Positions 1-10,249 of a DNA stretch of 64,000 nt are shown one piece after another. Position 1 is the stretch's first letter. Each line of letters opens with the position of its first letter. Made by a program: the position numbers and the translations under genes. Under the pieces are notes generated by a model. That model had not been told where the DNA came from. It saw only the letters and a program-made list of their open reading frames with translations, and made no database searches. Source of the stretch: Spirochaetota bacterium (GTDB taxonomy: Bacteria > Spirochaetota > UBA4802 > UBA5550); NCBI GenBank assembly GCA_016928865.1, contig JAFGJX010000069.1, positions 40,151 through 104,150 on the forward strand, read 5' to 3'.

Positions 1-384
1 CATATTAAAATGAGGTACGGTATCGCCTCGCCGGGACCGCTGCCGGTTGGCTCGTTCGATCCAGATGGCGTGTCCCCCTGCGGAGCCGTCAATATGGCTG
101 GCAATGTCAGGGAATGGACGTCCAGCTGGTACATGCCGTATGAGGGCAATACGTCGAAACAGGGGCCTGAATACCGGCGCTACGGGAAGCAGTACAAAGT
201 GGTGCGGGGCGGCTCCTGGCATGACAGCCGGTACCGGTTGAGAGCAACCGGCCGTGATATCAGCGGCGCCCCGAGCATTCACGCGGGCAATCTGGCCGGT
301 TTCCGCTGCGTCAAGGACCCGGACAGCACCGATTATGAGAAAAAACGGGACTCCCGTGCCCTGTCGCCCGGACTGAAGAGATAA
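1..384 (+). CDS. FGE-sulfatase (SUMF1/EgtB/PvdO-type) domain protein, C-terminal fragment; 5' end outside window
   Basis: Frame-1 ORF is open to the left window edge, with its stop at 382-384. Family hallmarks 'NVREWT', 'VVRGGSW' and 'GFRCVKD' are present. Confidence 0.8.
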   Translation, partial: HIKMRYGIASPGPLPVGSFDPDGVSPCGAVNMAGNVREWTSSWYMPYEGNTSKQGPEYRRYGKQYKVVRGGSWHDSRYRLRATGRDISGAPSIHAGNLAGFRCVKDPDSTDYEKKRDSRALSPGLKR

Positions 385-487
385 TGTTGCCGATACAGGC
401 AGAGTCATTAAATTTGTATTGATTAAACTGGATTATATTATATAATGAGCCGATGTCACATCCGATAGATATTGTATAGAGGGACTC

Positions 488-2695
488 ATGAGATTTTTTC
501 ATTTTATCGCAAAGAAAATCAGCTATACCTTCGCCATCGCCTTTCTCACTGTTTTTGCGAGCTGGGTCTTCAGTGTCTTCGGTTTTTTCCTGGGGATGTC
601 CTTTGTCATTATATCATATGAGAAGCTGGCCCTCTTTTTCATGAAATGGCTCCCGGTGGGCGTTGCCATACCGGTCGTCCTGCACTACCTGGAATTCGGC
701 CTGCTGACGCCGCTCAAGATCCCGGCTGTATTCAGGCCCCTGAGGATCGTCAACGAGGCGTACCGGAACAATCTTGAGGTGCCGGAAGAGGATTTAAAGA
801 AGGTATATGGCGCTTTTACGGACCTGCCGATGTACAACCTCATCGTCGCGACCGTGCATGTTGTTCTTGGCGGCATTATTGTCCTCTTGCTCTCGTTATT
901 CGAGTATTACTACCAGGGTACCTTCACGACCGTGGAGCTCAAGGCGGTTGTAAAGGTGTCGGTCCTTACGATAATGTTCATCCTGATACTGTACGGCATG
1001 GCGACGTACCTCCTGACCGAATCGTTGACCAACGAAGAGCGGACGAAAATCTATAACAGGATTGTCCAGGTCGGGGCGCCGATCCGGCCGCGGGCGCTTA
1101 TCGGTATAAGGCTGAAGTTTCTTTTCTTCATCTGGCTGCTTGTCATCACCCTGCTGACCTTTGCGGCGCTCCTCGAGAAAGTGCGTTTTCTCGAGGAATT
1201 CAACATCGTGGTGCTTGCCGGATATTTCTTCATGTCAGTTCTGGCCAGTATTCTGTTGATGCAGGTCACCACCGGATCCATCATGAGAAAGCTGAATGAC
1301 CTGGTACGGGTCACGCGCGCTATCGCCTCCGGCGGCAGCGCGGGGTACGAGGTTCTCTCCCTGGAGCGGGAGTTCACGGCCATCGAGTACGCGCTTGTCG
1401 AGACGGGCCGCGAGATCAATGAATACCGCCGGGATCTGGAGGGAAAGGTCGCCAAGAGGACCGAGGAGCTCCAGGACGCGCTTTCTAACCTCAGGAGCAG
1501 GGACGAGCAGATCCAGAAGCAGCTCGACATGGCGAGCGTCATCCAGCGGAGCATCCTTCCCGGCAAGATCGATGACTGGAACGAGCTCAGGTTCGCCGTC
1601 CGCTACATGGCGATGGAAAAGATCGGCGGCGATTTTTACGACGTCCACCTTCTGAAAGACGACAAGATCGGGATCATGATCGCGGACGTATCGGGCCACG
1701 GCATACCGGCCGCCCTGGTCACCACCATGGCGAAAATGTCGTTCGGCAACGCCGGGGCGAAATACGATTCTCCCAAGAAGATATTTCAGGAGATGAACCA
1801 GAGCATTCTCGACCACGTAAAGACCCAGGATTACATGACCTGCTTCATGCTCGCGATAGACGACGATTACAATGTTGTCTACTCGAACGCGAGCCACCAG
1901 AAGGCGATACTCCTGCGCGCGTCGGGCGGGATCGAGCTTCTCGATACCGGCGGGCTCTTTATCGGCGCCATAGAGGAAGCCCGCGACTCATATGAGGAAA
2001 AAAGGGTAGAGCTTGGTTACGGCGACCGGATTATACTCTATACCGACGGCATTCCGGAGGCGATCAACGAGGCGCGTCAGGAATTTTCCAACCAGCGGCT
2101 CGAGAATGTCATCAGGAGGTTTCGCACCCTTCCCGCCGAGGAGTTCGCGGACGCTATTCTGGGCGAGGTGCGGCAGTTTATCGGGAACGCGCAGCTCGTG
2201 GACGACATCACCTTCCTTATCATCGAGCTGGCCCGGGACGAGGCCGTGGATATCATCAAGAATTCAAAGCGGCTGATAAACGCGCACCAGTACGACGAAG
2301 CGATCGTCGCGCTTGAAAAGGGCCTCGAGAAGTTTCCGGACAACCAGAAGATACGCTATAATCTTGCGAAAAACTATTTCAGGGTCAACAGCTTTAGAAA
2401 GTCGATCGATACGATGAACAACTATATCGAACGGGACAAGATGAACAAAAACGCCTATTACATCGCCGGCGCCGCCTATTACCAGCTCGGCGATTTTGAC
2501 AATGCCAGCGCCTTTTTCGACAGCGCGCTGGAACTGGACAATGCCTTCGTAAACGCCCTGTTCGCCCTGGGCATGGCCTACAAAAAGAAGGGGGACGTAA
2601 AGAGCGCGGCCGCATTCTTTGAAAAGGTCGTCAACATCGACCCAGACAACAGGATGGCCATGTTCGAGATCAGGAGCATGCAAGAGAAAAAGTAG
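488..2695 (+). CDS. Membrane-bound HAMP / PP2C (SpoIIE, RsbU-type) serine phosphatase with C-terminal TPR repeats
   Basis: 735-aa ORF. It has several N-terminal hydrophobic segments and a coiled-coil linker. PP2C/SpoIIE motifs are 'GGDFYDV', 'ADVSGHGIPAAL' and 'LYTDGIPEA'. The C-terminus has TPR-like units ('AYYQLGDFDNASAFFDSAL', 'GMAYKKKGDVKSAAAFFEK'). Confidence 0.85.
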   Translation: MRFFHFIAKKISYTFAIAFLTVFASWVFSVFGFFLGMSFVIISYEKLALFFMKWLPVGVAIPVVLHYLEFGLLTPLKIPAVFRPLRIVNEAYRNNLEVPEEDLKKVYGAFTDLPMYNLIVATVHVVLGGIIVLLLSLFEYYYQGTFTTVELKAVVKVSVLTIMFILILYGMATYLLTESLTNEERTKIYNRIVQVGAPIRPRALIGIRLKFLFFIWLLVITLLTFAALLEKVRFLEEFNIVVLAGYFFMSVLASILLMQVTTGSIMRKLNDLVRVTRAIASGGSAGYEVLSLEREFTAIEYALVETGREINEYRRDLEGKVAKRTEELQDALSNLRSRDEQIQKQLDMASVIQRSILPGKIDDWNELRFAVRYMAMEKIGGDFYDVHLLKDDKIGIMIADVSGHGIPAALVTTMAKMSFGNAGAKYDSPKKIFQEMNQSILDHVKTQDYMTCFMLAIDDDYNVVYSNASHQKAILLRASGGIELLDTGGLFIGAIEEARDSYEEKRVELGYGDRIILYTDGIPEAINEARQEFSNQRLENVIRRFRTLPAEEFADAILGEVRQFIGNAQLVDDITFLIIELARDEAVDIIKNSKRLINAHQYDEAIVALEKGLEKFPDNQKIRYNLAKNYFRVNSFRKSIDTMNNYIERDKMNKNAYYIAGAAYYQLGDFDNASAFFDSALELDNAFVNALFALGMAYKKKGDVKSAAAFFEKVVNIDPDNRMAMFEIRSMQEKK

Positions 2696-2753
2696 TAGCA
2701 TGCCATCCTCTCCCTGTCCCGAAATGTGAAAATCAAATTTTATATTGCCTGCC

Positions 2754-2800
2754 GAGGCCCCATCCGATAAAAAAACCGATGGACAGGGGCCTTAAAATTT
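2754..2800 (+). terminator. Possible intrinsic terminator after the phosphatase gene
   Basis: Imperfect hairpin 'aggcccc...ggggcct' (about 2755-2792) followed by 'taaaatttt'. The stem is interrupted and the T-tract is weak. Confidence 0.35.
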
Positions 2801-2839
2801 TCTTGCACTGGGGGATGATTTTTCGCTATCTTGTAGTTA

Positions 2840-3922
2840 ATGGAAAAGCAATGTATCAAGAATTTCACCATCGAGGGTCTCACTGAATATTTCGGCTCGA
2901 TCGGCGAGAAGGGATACCGGGCGAAGCAGCTCATGAACTGGCTCTATGAAAAGAACGTCGGGTCGTTTCATGACATGACGAATTTTTCAAAGGAGCTGCG
3001 GGGCCGCCTGGACGGCGAATTTCTGGTCAGCGCCCTTGAGCTTGCCGAGCAACAGGTATCTGAGATAGACGGGACCTCCAAGTTCCTCTTTCTGACGCGA
3101 GACGGCCATTATATCGAAAGCGTACTGATGAACAGCGAAGGCAGCGATGAGGGCAGGCTCACCGTGTGCGTGTCCACCCAGGCGGGGTGCGCCATGGGCT
3201 GCCGTTTCTGTGAAACCGCGAAGATGGGGTTCATCCGCAATCTTGAGACCGCCGAGATACTGGACCAGCTCTGCCAGGTGCGGAGGATTTCAGGCCAGAG
3301 GAACAACAACGTTGTCTTCATGGGAATGGGCGAGCCGTTCATGAATTATGACGCCGTCCTCCGCGCGGCGGACATCATGAATTACTCGTTCGGCTTTCAT
3401 ATTTCCGTCAGGAAAATCACCATCTCCACGTCGGGGGTGTTGGCGGGGATCGAACGGTTTATCGACGAGCGGCGCCCCTACAATCTCGCCATATCTCTGA
3501 ACGACACACTGCCGGAGAAGCGCGAGAAGATCATGCCCGTGGAGCGCTCGAACCCCTTCTCAAGAATTTCAGACCTTCTGGACCGCAAGTTCCCGGCGTC
3601 GCGCAACCGTCTTACCGTCGTATACGTGATGCGTCAGGACAACATCTCCCATGAGGATGCGAAGCGGCTGAAGAAAATGTTCCGCTATAACAGGGTCAAG
3701 CTGAACCTCATACCCCTGAACGAGGGGACTCATGATTACCGTCCGCCCACGGAACAGGAGGTGGAGCGCTTCATAAAGGACCTCGAGATAATGAACGTGC
3801 CGATAACCGTGCGGAAGAGTCTCGGCAGAGACATTTCCGGAGCATGCGGACAGCTGTCGGGGAAGAAATACTCCGGCTGCGGCGGGTGCATGGCAGGGAA
3901 CATTCCGTCGGATTGTATTTGA
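2840..3922 (+). CDS. rlmN: 23S rRNA/tRNA adenine-C2 methyltransferase RlmN (radical SAM)
   Basis: N-terminal 'GYRAKQLMNWLY', radical-SAM cluster 'GCAMGCRFC' (CX3CX2C), 'GMGEPFMNYD', and the C-terminal conserved Cys in 'SGACGQL'. Confidence 0.92.
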   Translation: MEKQCIKNFTIEGLTEYFGSIGEKGYRAKQLMNWLYEKNVGSFHDMTNFSKELRGRLDGEFLVSALELAEQQVSEIDGTSKFLFLTRDGHYIESVLMNSEGSDEGRLTVCVSTQAGCAMGCRFCETAKMGFIRNLETAEILDQLCQVRRISGQRNNNVVFMGMGEPFMNYDAVLRAADIMNYSFGFHISVRKITISTSGVLAGIERFIDERRPYNLAISLNDTLPEKREKIMPVERSNPFSRISDLLDRKFPASRNRLTVVYVMRQDNISHEDAKRLKKMFRYNRVKLNLIPLNEGTHDYRPPTEQEVERFIKDLEIMNVPITVRKSLGRDISGACGQLSGKKYSGCGGCMAGNIPSDCI

Positions 3923-3972
3923 CTTATAGAAGAGTTTCAATAACATGAGGGACTGTCTTTGCAACTGTGGTT

Positions 3973-4040
3973 ACCCCCTCCGGCCTTCGGCCAATCTCGC
4001 TTTCATGAGTGACATCAGGAGAGGGGGCATGCTCATAAGG
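3973..4040. repeat. GC-rich hairpin repeat, family 1 (copy in core region)
   Basis: 'taccccctccggccttcggcc...ggagagggggcatgctcataagg'. Its 3' part matches 'aagggggcatgagtcatagg' of the 38001 copy. It lies between rlmN and the PBP1A gene. Confidence 0.55.
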
Positions 4041-4048
4041 AAAGGTAC

Positions 4049-6358
4049 ATGAACAGAGTAACCGGATTTCTTCGCGCCATATTCAGGTGGATCGCCACTC
4101 ATAAAAAGGTAGTTTTCATATATCTCCCGGCTGTCGCGGCAACTGTTGTTGCCGCTTACATAGCGGTGATATTCCTGATGTGGCAGGGCGACCGGGAAAG
4201 CGCAATCAAAAAACTTATGCGGTATAAGCAGCTCATCGACCGGACCGAGGAGCTGAAAAAGGGATACAGCTACAGCGACATCGATCTCTCGGCCAAGGTT
4301 GTCGACATCCCGACACGGATCTATGACCGCAACGACGGGATAATCGGCGAATTCTTCGAGCAGAAGCGCGAGATCGTACCGTACGATTACATCCCCCAGT
4401 GGCTCGCCAAGGCGGTCATAGCGAGCGAAGACCGGGAGTTTTACAATCACCGCGGGATAGACTACCGGGGAATAGTGCGGGCGTTCCTGGTCAATCTTGT
4501 CCATTTCAGGGTGGTGCAGGGAGGCAGCACCATCACCCAGCAGCTGGCGAAGGTGCTTTTCACCGACATGGAGCGCAACCTCAAAAGGAAGATATACGAG
4601 ACCTTCTGCGCCCGGGAGATCGAGAAGCGCTATGACAAGCAGGACATCCTCTCCATGTACCTCAACCTGATCTATTTCGGAAACGGCGCCTATGGCGTTG
4701 AATCCGCGTCAAAAATGTTCTTCGGCACATCTGTAAGGGACCTGTCAATCGCCGAATGCGCCATGGTGGTGGCCACCATTTCGAGCCCCAAGACATATTC
4801 TCCCCTCTCGGACCTGGACGCGTCGCTCCGAAAAACGAGGCGGATCCTCGAATCGCTTGCCGATGCCAGCTTTTTGAACAAGGAAGACCCGGAGCGCATT
4901 TACGCCGGGCTGCTCAGAAAGTGGGAAGTCGTATACGACGAAAAGGGAAAGGCCGTCTCCTCCCTGATCGGCAACTTCGTGTTCAGCTCGTACCGGATAA
5001 ACCTGGCCCCGTTTTTCAACGAGAGCATCCGGCGGGTGCTGGTCGATAAATTCGGCGAGGATGCGGTCAAGAGGGGAGGATTGAAGGTCTACACGACCAT
5101 AGACGCCGAACGTCAGGAGGCGGCCACGCGCGCCATGAAGGCCGGCATATCGCGCCAGCGCGAATATCACCGGAGCCTGGCGGGGCGGATGAAAAACAGG
5201 ATAAAGGCGGAGCGCGAGATGGGCAAGGCCCAGAACATCGAGGGGGGGCTCGTGTCTCTCGATCCCTTCACGGGTGAAATAATCGCGTATGTCGGAGGGT
5301 ACGAGTTTTCGGCGAAAAACCAGAATGATCATGCCGCCCAGATACGGCGCCAGCCCGGCTCCTCCTTCAAGCCGCTCATCTATCTCGCGGCGATTGAGGC
5401 GAAGGACATTACGCCCTCCACCGTATTTACGGACGAGCAGACGACCTTTGCTGGCGGGTACACGCCGCAGAACTATGAGAGCTCGTACCGGGGCGATGTC
5501 ATCGTGCGCGAGGCGCTGAAACGCTCGCTTAACGTGGTCGCGGTCAAGGTGCTTGACAGGACCGGGTATGACGGCGTGTTCAGGATACTCAAGAAAAGCC
5601 TTTACCTGAGCGATTCCGAGCTCAAGGAGAGGTTCGGCAGGACCCTCTCTCTCGCGCTGGGCAGCTATGAGCTTTCCCCGATGGAGAGCTGTGTCCTCCA
5701 TTCCGTGATCGTGAGCGGGGGAAGCTATATCATTCCCTACGGTATCCGCCAGGTACGCGACTATAACGATAATGTCGTGTGGGACAACGAGGAGGAGGTG
5801 CTCCGGGTAAGGGAGGAAAGGCGGAAGGAGCTCGGCTCCATCGCGGACCCTGTCGCCTGCGCAGTGATCCTTTCCATGCTGCGGAGCGTCTTCGAGGAGG
5901 GCGGAACCGCCTACGGCGCCTTCAGGGGGAGCGGCATTGATTATCAGGTCGCCGGCAAGACCGGGACCTCGTCAAATTATGTAGACGCATGGTTTGCGGG
6001 ATACTCCTCCGATCTGGTTACCACCGTATGGATCGGCAACAGAGAGGGCGCCATATCGCTGGGGTGGGGCAGGACCGGCGGCGCGGTGGCGGCGCCGGTC
6101 TGGGTCGAATACATGTCGGGGATTTACCGGGGAACCAGGCCGGCGGATTTCAGGGTGCCGGATCAGGGCGTGTCAAGGGAAACGATATGTCTTGATTCGG
6201 GAGAGGTCGCGGGAAGGAACGGGGAGTGTCCCAGGGTCGCCCGCGATGTCCTGTACTACTCCGGTTCAGAGCCGGGTGAATACTGTCATATTCATGTCGG
6301 CAAAGACCGGGACGGTAATGACGCTGAAACATTGGAAAAAGAGGATAAAATGGAATGA
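4049..6358 (+). CDS. Class A penicillin-binding protein (PBP1A family: transglycosylase + transpeptidase)
   Basis: N-terminal membrane anchor. GT51 motifs are 'EDREFYNHRGID' and 'GGSTITQQLAK'. Transpeptidase motifs are 'SSFKP' (SxxK) and 'KTGTS'. Confidence 0.93.
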   Translation: MNRVTGFLRAIFRWIATHKKVVFIYLPAVAATVVAAYIAVIFLMWQGDRESAIKKLMRYKQLIDRTEELKKGYSYSDIDLSAKVVDIPTRIYDRNDGIIGEFFEQKREIVPYDYIPQWLAKAVIASEDREFYNHRGIDYRGIVRAFLVNLVHFRVVQGGSTITQQLAKVLFTDMERNLKRKIYETFCAREIEKRYDKQDILSMYLNLIYFGNGAYGVESASKMFFGTSVRDLSIAECAMVVATISSPKTYSPLSDLDASLRKTRRILESLADASFLNKEDPERIYAGLLRKWEVVYDEKGKAVSSLIGNFVFSSYRINLAPFFNESIRRVLVDKFGEDAVKRGGLKVYTTIDAERQEAATRAMKAGISRQREYHRSLAGRMKNRIKAEREMGKAQNIEGGLVSLDPFTGEIIAYVGGYEFSAKNQNDHAAQIRRQPGSSFKPLIYLAAIEAKDITPSTVFTDEQTTFAGGYTPQNYESSYRGDVIVREALKRSLNVVAVKVLDRTGYDGVFRILKKSLYLSDSELKERFGRTLSLALGSYELSPMESCVLHSVIVSGGSYIIPYGIRQVRDYNDNVVWDNEEEVLRVREERRKELGSIADPVACAVILSMLRSVFEEGGTAYGAFRGSGIDYQVAGKTGTSSNYVDAWFAGYSSDLVTTVWIGNREGAISLGWGRTGGAVAAPVWVEYMSGIYRGTRPADFRVPDQGVSRETICLDSGEVAGRNGECPRVARDVLYYSGSEPGEYCHIHVGKDRDGNDAETLEKEDKME

Positions 6359-7221
6359 ACCACAGGATTGTCGCGTATATTTCACTGCTGCTTATGGCGA
6401 TATCGTCCGTCTCGTTCCGGTGGCCGCTTGAGAACGGCACGGTTACTTCGACCTTTGGCGAGTCGCGCTGGGACCATTTCCATGACGGGATGGACATGAT
6501 CTCGCCTGACGGCGTGGTGTATCCTGTCGAGGCGGGCTCACTGGTTTTTTTCTGGGACAAGGTGCTGTTCCCACTCGATAATTATCCGGGCGGCGGAAAT
6601 TACAAGATTCTCGAGCACCGGGACGGTATCTATTCTCTATACATGCATCTTGAAAACGGACTCACGTCGAAGGACCGGTACGCTCCCGGCGAGCCGCTGG
6701 GGATCATGGGCAACACGGGGCATTCGTTTCGGAATCATCTCCATTTCAGCATCCTTGAACCCGTGAAGCAGACGTCGGTGAATCCTTTCAGGATGCTGCC
6801 GCCTCTTCCCGACGCCAAGCCGCCGGTCATCTCCGATATCGCTTTTCATATTGGAGAAAAGATCATTATCGTCCGTGACAGGTCCAATATCAGGCTGACC
6901 CGCCACTATCCCCTTCTTGTCAAGATTTCCGATGCAATGGCTGGTCGCGAAAATCTTGGCATTTACCGTATCGAGGCCGCCTTCAACGGAAAAATCGTCC
7001 TCATGAAGGAATTCGAGGGTATATCCTTTGTGAATCATCAGCTGAGCGTCGGCGGAAAGGGCTTTGACGACCTGTTTGACAGCAAGGGATTTTACAAGCT
7101 TGACGGGCTTACCTATGAGGAGGGCGAAAACATCCTCAAGGTCACGGCATCCGACTTTGCAGGCAATCAGGCCAGCCGGGAGTATTTTTTTTACGTGCAG
7201 CTGGACATGGACAGCGAGTAA
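6355..7221 (+). CDS. M23 family metallopeptidase
   Basis: Signal-anchor N-terminus. Motifs 'HFHDGMD' (HxxxD) and 'GNTGHSFRNHLHFSI' (HxH). The start overlaps the PBP1A stop by 4 nt (ATGA). Confidence 0.85.
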   Translation: MNHRIVAYISLLLMAISSVSFRWPLENGTVTSTFGESRWDHFHDGMDMISPDGVVYPVEAGSLVFFWDKVLFPLDNYPGGGNYKILEHRDGIYSLYMHLENGLTSKDRYAPGEPLGIMGNTGHSFRNHLHFSILEPVKQTSVNPFRMLPPLPDAKPPVISDIAFHIGEKIIIVRDRSNIRLTRHYPLLVKISDAMAGRENLGIYRIEAAFNGKIVLMKEFEGISFVNHQLSVGGKGFDDLFDSKGFYKLDGLTYEEGENILKVTASDFAGNQASREYFFYVQLDMDSE

Positions 7222-8489
7222 TGGAGACATTCGTTTTTGATATCGTGGTCCTGGCCGCCAGCGTCGTGCTGTCCGCTTTTTTTTCCGGGAGCGAGAGCGC
7301 GCTGTTTTCACTGAAGAGGTCAGACCTCCACCGGTTCTCGCATTCCGGGGAGTGGAGCGAAAAGTCGCTGTCGGCTCTGATGAAGGAGCCACAGAAGATA
7401 CTCATCACCATCCTGACCGGTAATCTTTTCGTGAACCTGTCTCTCTCGATGCTTTCTACCAAATATCTCCTGAACGTATGGCACCAGTGGGGGCATTTCA
7501 TCTCCATTGCGGTCATGACGCCGCTCATCATGATATTCTGCGAGATTTCACCCAAGATCCTGGCGATGGCGTCCAACGAAGCCTTCTCGAAAAAGGCGCT
7601 GCCGCCGCTCAGGTTTTTCCATGTTTTGCTCGCTCCGGTGAGGGCGCTCCTGCTGCTCTATACCAACGCGATGATCAGGATATTCCATCTTGATCTGAAC
7701 CGCTCCACTATCACCAGCGACGAATTGAACCATGCTATCAGGATGGGTGAGAAGCATGGCGTGATCGGCAAGAACGAGGGGATCTTCATCGCGAACGTGC
7801 TCCGTTTCGCAAGGAAGGACGCTTCCAACATCATGTTCCCGCGAAGCAGCGCGGTTTTTCTGCCATATGGATCGAAGATTCCGGAGGCGATGGAGGTCTT
7901 CGTCGAGTCGGGGGTTATAAGGGCGCCGGTCTATAAAAATGATCTGGACCATGTTGTCGGCTTTATCGATTCGCGCGATATGATCCCCTTTTTTCTGGGA
8001 CAGAAAAAGGCGAAGAACATCAACCGCTTTATACATGAGATCAAGTTTTTTCCCGCGTCGCGCGAGCTCCACGATCTTTTAAACGATTTTCTCTCCGAGG
8101 GAATACAGATCGCCGTTGTTCTGGATGAATACGGCGGCACCGCGGGCGTTGTGACCCTCAACAAGCTTCTTTCGGAGCTGATGGGGCGCGAGATGACGAA
8201 ATGGGAGGACGATTCGAAGAAGGACATCCGGTTGATAGACGGGAACGTGCGGGTCATTTCCGGCGAGATGCAGATTGACGACTTCAACCGTCTCTTCGAC
8301 GAACGGCTGGAGAGCAGGAATGCTGACACCATCGGCGGCTACATTATCGAGCGTCTGTCGTATATCCCCAAACGCGGCCAGGAGCTCGCCGCGGGGAAAT
8401 ACATTCTCCGGGTGCGGTACATCAGAAAGAACAAGATCGAGACGGTCGAGGTCATGCCAGTGACGAACGGGGAGGTATTGCTCCCATGA
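7221..8489 (+). CDS. CNNM/TlyC-family protein (DUF21 - CBS pair - CorC/HlyC)
   Basis: DUF21 signature 'FFSGSESALFSL', a following CBS-pair region and a CorC_HlyC-like tail. The start overlaps the M23 stop by 1 nt (TAATG). Confidence 0.85.
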   Translation: METFVFDIVVLAASVVLSAFFSGSESALFSLKRSDLHRFSHSGEWSEKSLSALMKEPQKILITILTGNLFVNLSLSMLSTKYLLNVWHQWGHFISIAVMTPLIMIFCEISPKILAMASNEAFSKKALPPLRFFHVLLAPVRALLLLYTNAMIRIFHLDLNRSTITSDELNHAIRMGEKHGVIGKNEGIFIANVLRFARKDASNIMFPRSSAVFLPYGSKIPEAMEVFVESGVIRAPVYKNDLDHVVGFIDSRDMIPFFLGQKKAKNINRFIHEIKFFPASRELHDLLNDFLSEGIQIAVVLDEYGGTAGVVTLNKLLSELMGREMTKWEDDSKKDIRLIDGNVRVISGEMQIDDFNRLFDERLESRNADTIGGYIIERLSYIPKRGQELAAGKYILRVRYIRKNKIETVEVMPVTNGEVLLP

Positions 8490-9766
8490 TGCTGATGATC
8501 CTTCAGTTCCAGCTCTATCTGTTTTTGATATTTGTGATGATCATGCTCTCATTCTTCTTTTCCGGGTCCGAGACCGCTATCCTCACCTCCAGACGATACA
8601 GGCTGGAGACCCTCTCCCAGACGGGGAACCGGAGCGCGGCGCGCTCGCTCAGGATCCTGGATAACTTCGAGGACGCCGTCGGCATGATTCTCCTGGGCAA
8701 CAATATCGTGAACATCGCGGCCGCCGCCTTCGTGACCTATATCGCCACGAGCGCCTTCATGCTGAACGAACCGGGCCTTCTGGCGTTGACGGCGGTCCAG
8801 ACCGTTGTTTTCCTCGTCGTCTGCGAAGTTACCCCGAAGGTGGTGGCGCGCGCCCGGGCCGAGACCTTCCTGATGATATGCTCGTATCCGCTCCTGGCCC
8901 TGATGACCGTTATGAGGCCGGCAGTGAAGGTCTCGCTTATTTTTTCCAACGCCCTGAAATCCCGGCTCGGGATAACCTCGACCGAGCAGCGCGGCATTCG
9001 CTCGCGTGAGGAGATCAATATACTCTTCAAGATGGGTCAGGAGCTGGGCGTTATCAACGAGGAGCACCAGGCATATGTTTCTGAAATCCTCTCGTTCAGG
9101 GGGATTGTCGCACGGGAGATAATGACCCCGACAATTGATATCGTATCGGTGGAGATTAACCAGCCTGTCAGGGAGCTCACTGATATAATCGTCAGAACAA
9201 GGTTTTCGCGGATACCGGTTTACGAGCGCCGGGTTGATAATATCGTCGGCTATGTCTTTTATCGTGAGTTACTAAAAAACCGGAATGCGAAAAGGATCGC
9301 CGATGTCATGAACAGGGCGTACTATGTGCCCGCGACCAAGCGGATCGTGGAGATTTATGCGGAGATGGTGGAAAACCTCATCCCCGCGGTGTTCGTCGTG
9401 AACGAGCAGGGCGGGGTGGTCGGGATGGTCACCCACGAGGACATCGCCGAGGAGGTCGTGGGCGAGATACAGACCCGCGATCAGTCCGAGGAGGACCTGG
9501 TCGCCGAGCTGGGCCGGGAACGGTTCGCGGTGAGCGGCAGGATGGACATAGAATATTTCATGAAGCGCTTCAATGTGGTCATAGAGAAAAAAGGCTTCGA
9601 GACGCTGGCGGGCTTCGTGTCATACCGTATGGGCAAGATACCGAAGAAGGGCGATCGCTTCTACCACGACAGGTATGCCTTCATTATCGACGAGGCAACC
9701 GAGCGCTCCATAGAAAGGGTGATCGTCCAGAAGCGGAAAAAGAAAAAGGTCAGCGAACAACCATAG
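8486..9766 (+). CDS. CNNM/TlyC-family protein (DUF21 - CBS pair - CorC/HlyC), tandem paralogue
   Basis: 'FFSGSETAILTS' DUF21 signature and the same domain order as the upstream gene. 4-nt ATGA overlap with it. Confidence 0.85.
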   Translation: MMLMILQFQLYLFLIFVMIMLSFFFSGSETAILTSRRYRLETLSQTGNRSAARSLRILDNFEDAVGMILLGNNIVNIAAAAFVTYIATSAFMLNEPGLLALTAVQTVVFLVVCEVTPKVVARARAETFLMICSYPLLALMTVMRPAVKVSLIFSNALKSRLGITSTEQRGIRSREEINILFKMGQELGVINEEHQAYVSEILSFRGIVAREIMTPTIDIVSVEINQPVRELTDIIVRTRFSRIPVYERRVDNIVGYVFYRELLKNRNAKRIADVMNRAYYVPATKRIVEIYAEMVENLIPAVFVVNEQGGVVGMVTHEDIAEEVVGEIQTRDQSEEDLVAELGRERFAVSGRMDIEYFMKRFNVVIEKKGFETLAGFVSYRMGKIPKKGDRFYHDRYAFIIDEATERSIERVIVQKRKKKKVSEQP

Positions 9767-10097
9767 GTCCCATATCGTCTTTGCCGCCCATCACGTGGAC
9801 ATGCAGGTGCCAGATCACCTGCCCGCCGGCGGTTCCGTTATTGATAATCACGCGGTAGCCTTTCTCATCTATCCCCCGGATCTCCGCGACCTCCTTCACG
9901 GCGAGGAAAAGGTCGGCCATGATAGAGCTGTTGGCCGCGGTGAGGTCCTCGAGCTTTTCTATATGGGTCTTGTGTATCACCAGGACGTGGACCGGCGCCT
10001 GGGGATTGATGTCCTCGAAGGCGTATACCTTCTCGTTTTCATATACCTTCTTTGACGGTGTCGCGCCGCTGATGATGTTGCAGAAGAGGCAGCCCAT
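9750..10097 (-). CDS. HIT (histidine triad) family protein
   Basis: 'CLFCNI' N-terminus and histidine triad 'HLHVHVMGG'. I prefer the ATG at 10097 (GGAG 6 nt upstream) over the ORF-track start at 10115. Confidence 0.88.
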   Translation of the reverse strand: MGCLFCNIISGATPSKKVYENEKVYAFEDINPQAPVHVLVIHKTHIEKLEDLTAANSSIMADLFLAVKEVAEIRGIDEKGYRVIINNGTAGGQVIWHLHVHVMGGKDDMGPMVVR

Positions 10098-10249
10098 GTC
10101 AGTCTCCACGTTCATGAATAATTTTTCCGGGGTTTTCCGGAAACAGGCACAGTGAACCGGGATAAATGACAGAAGTCAAGGAGAAATCGCTGTTCGGTAT
10201 CTCCCGGCCTCGATGATTCCCGGTTGAAATTCGCTTTGCGGCATATCCA

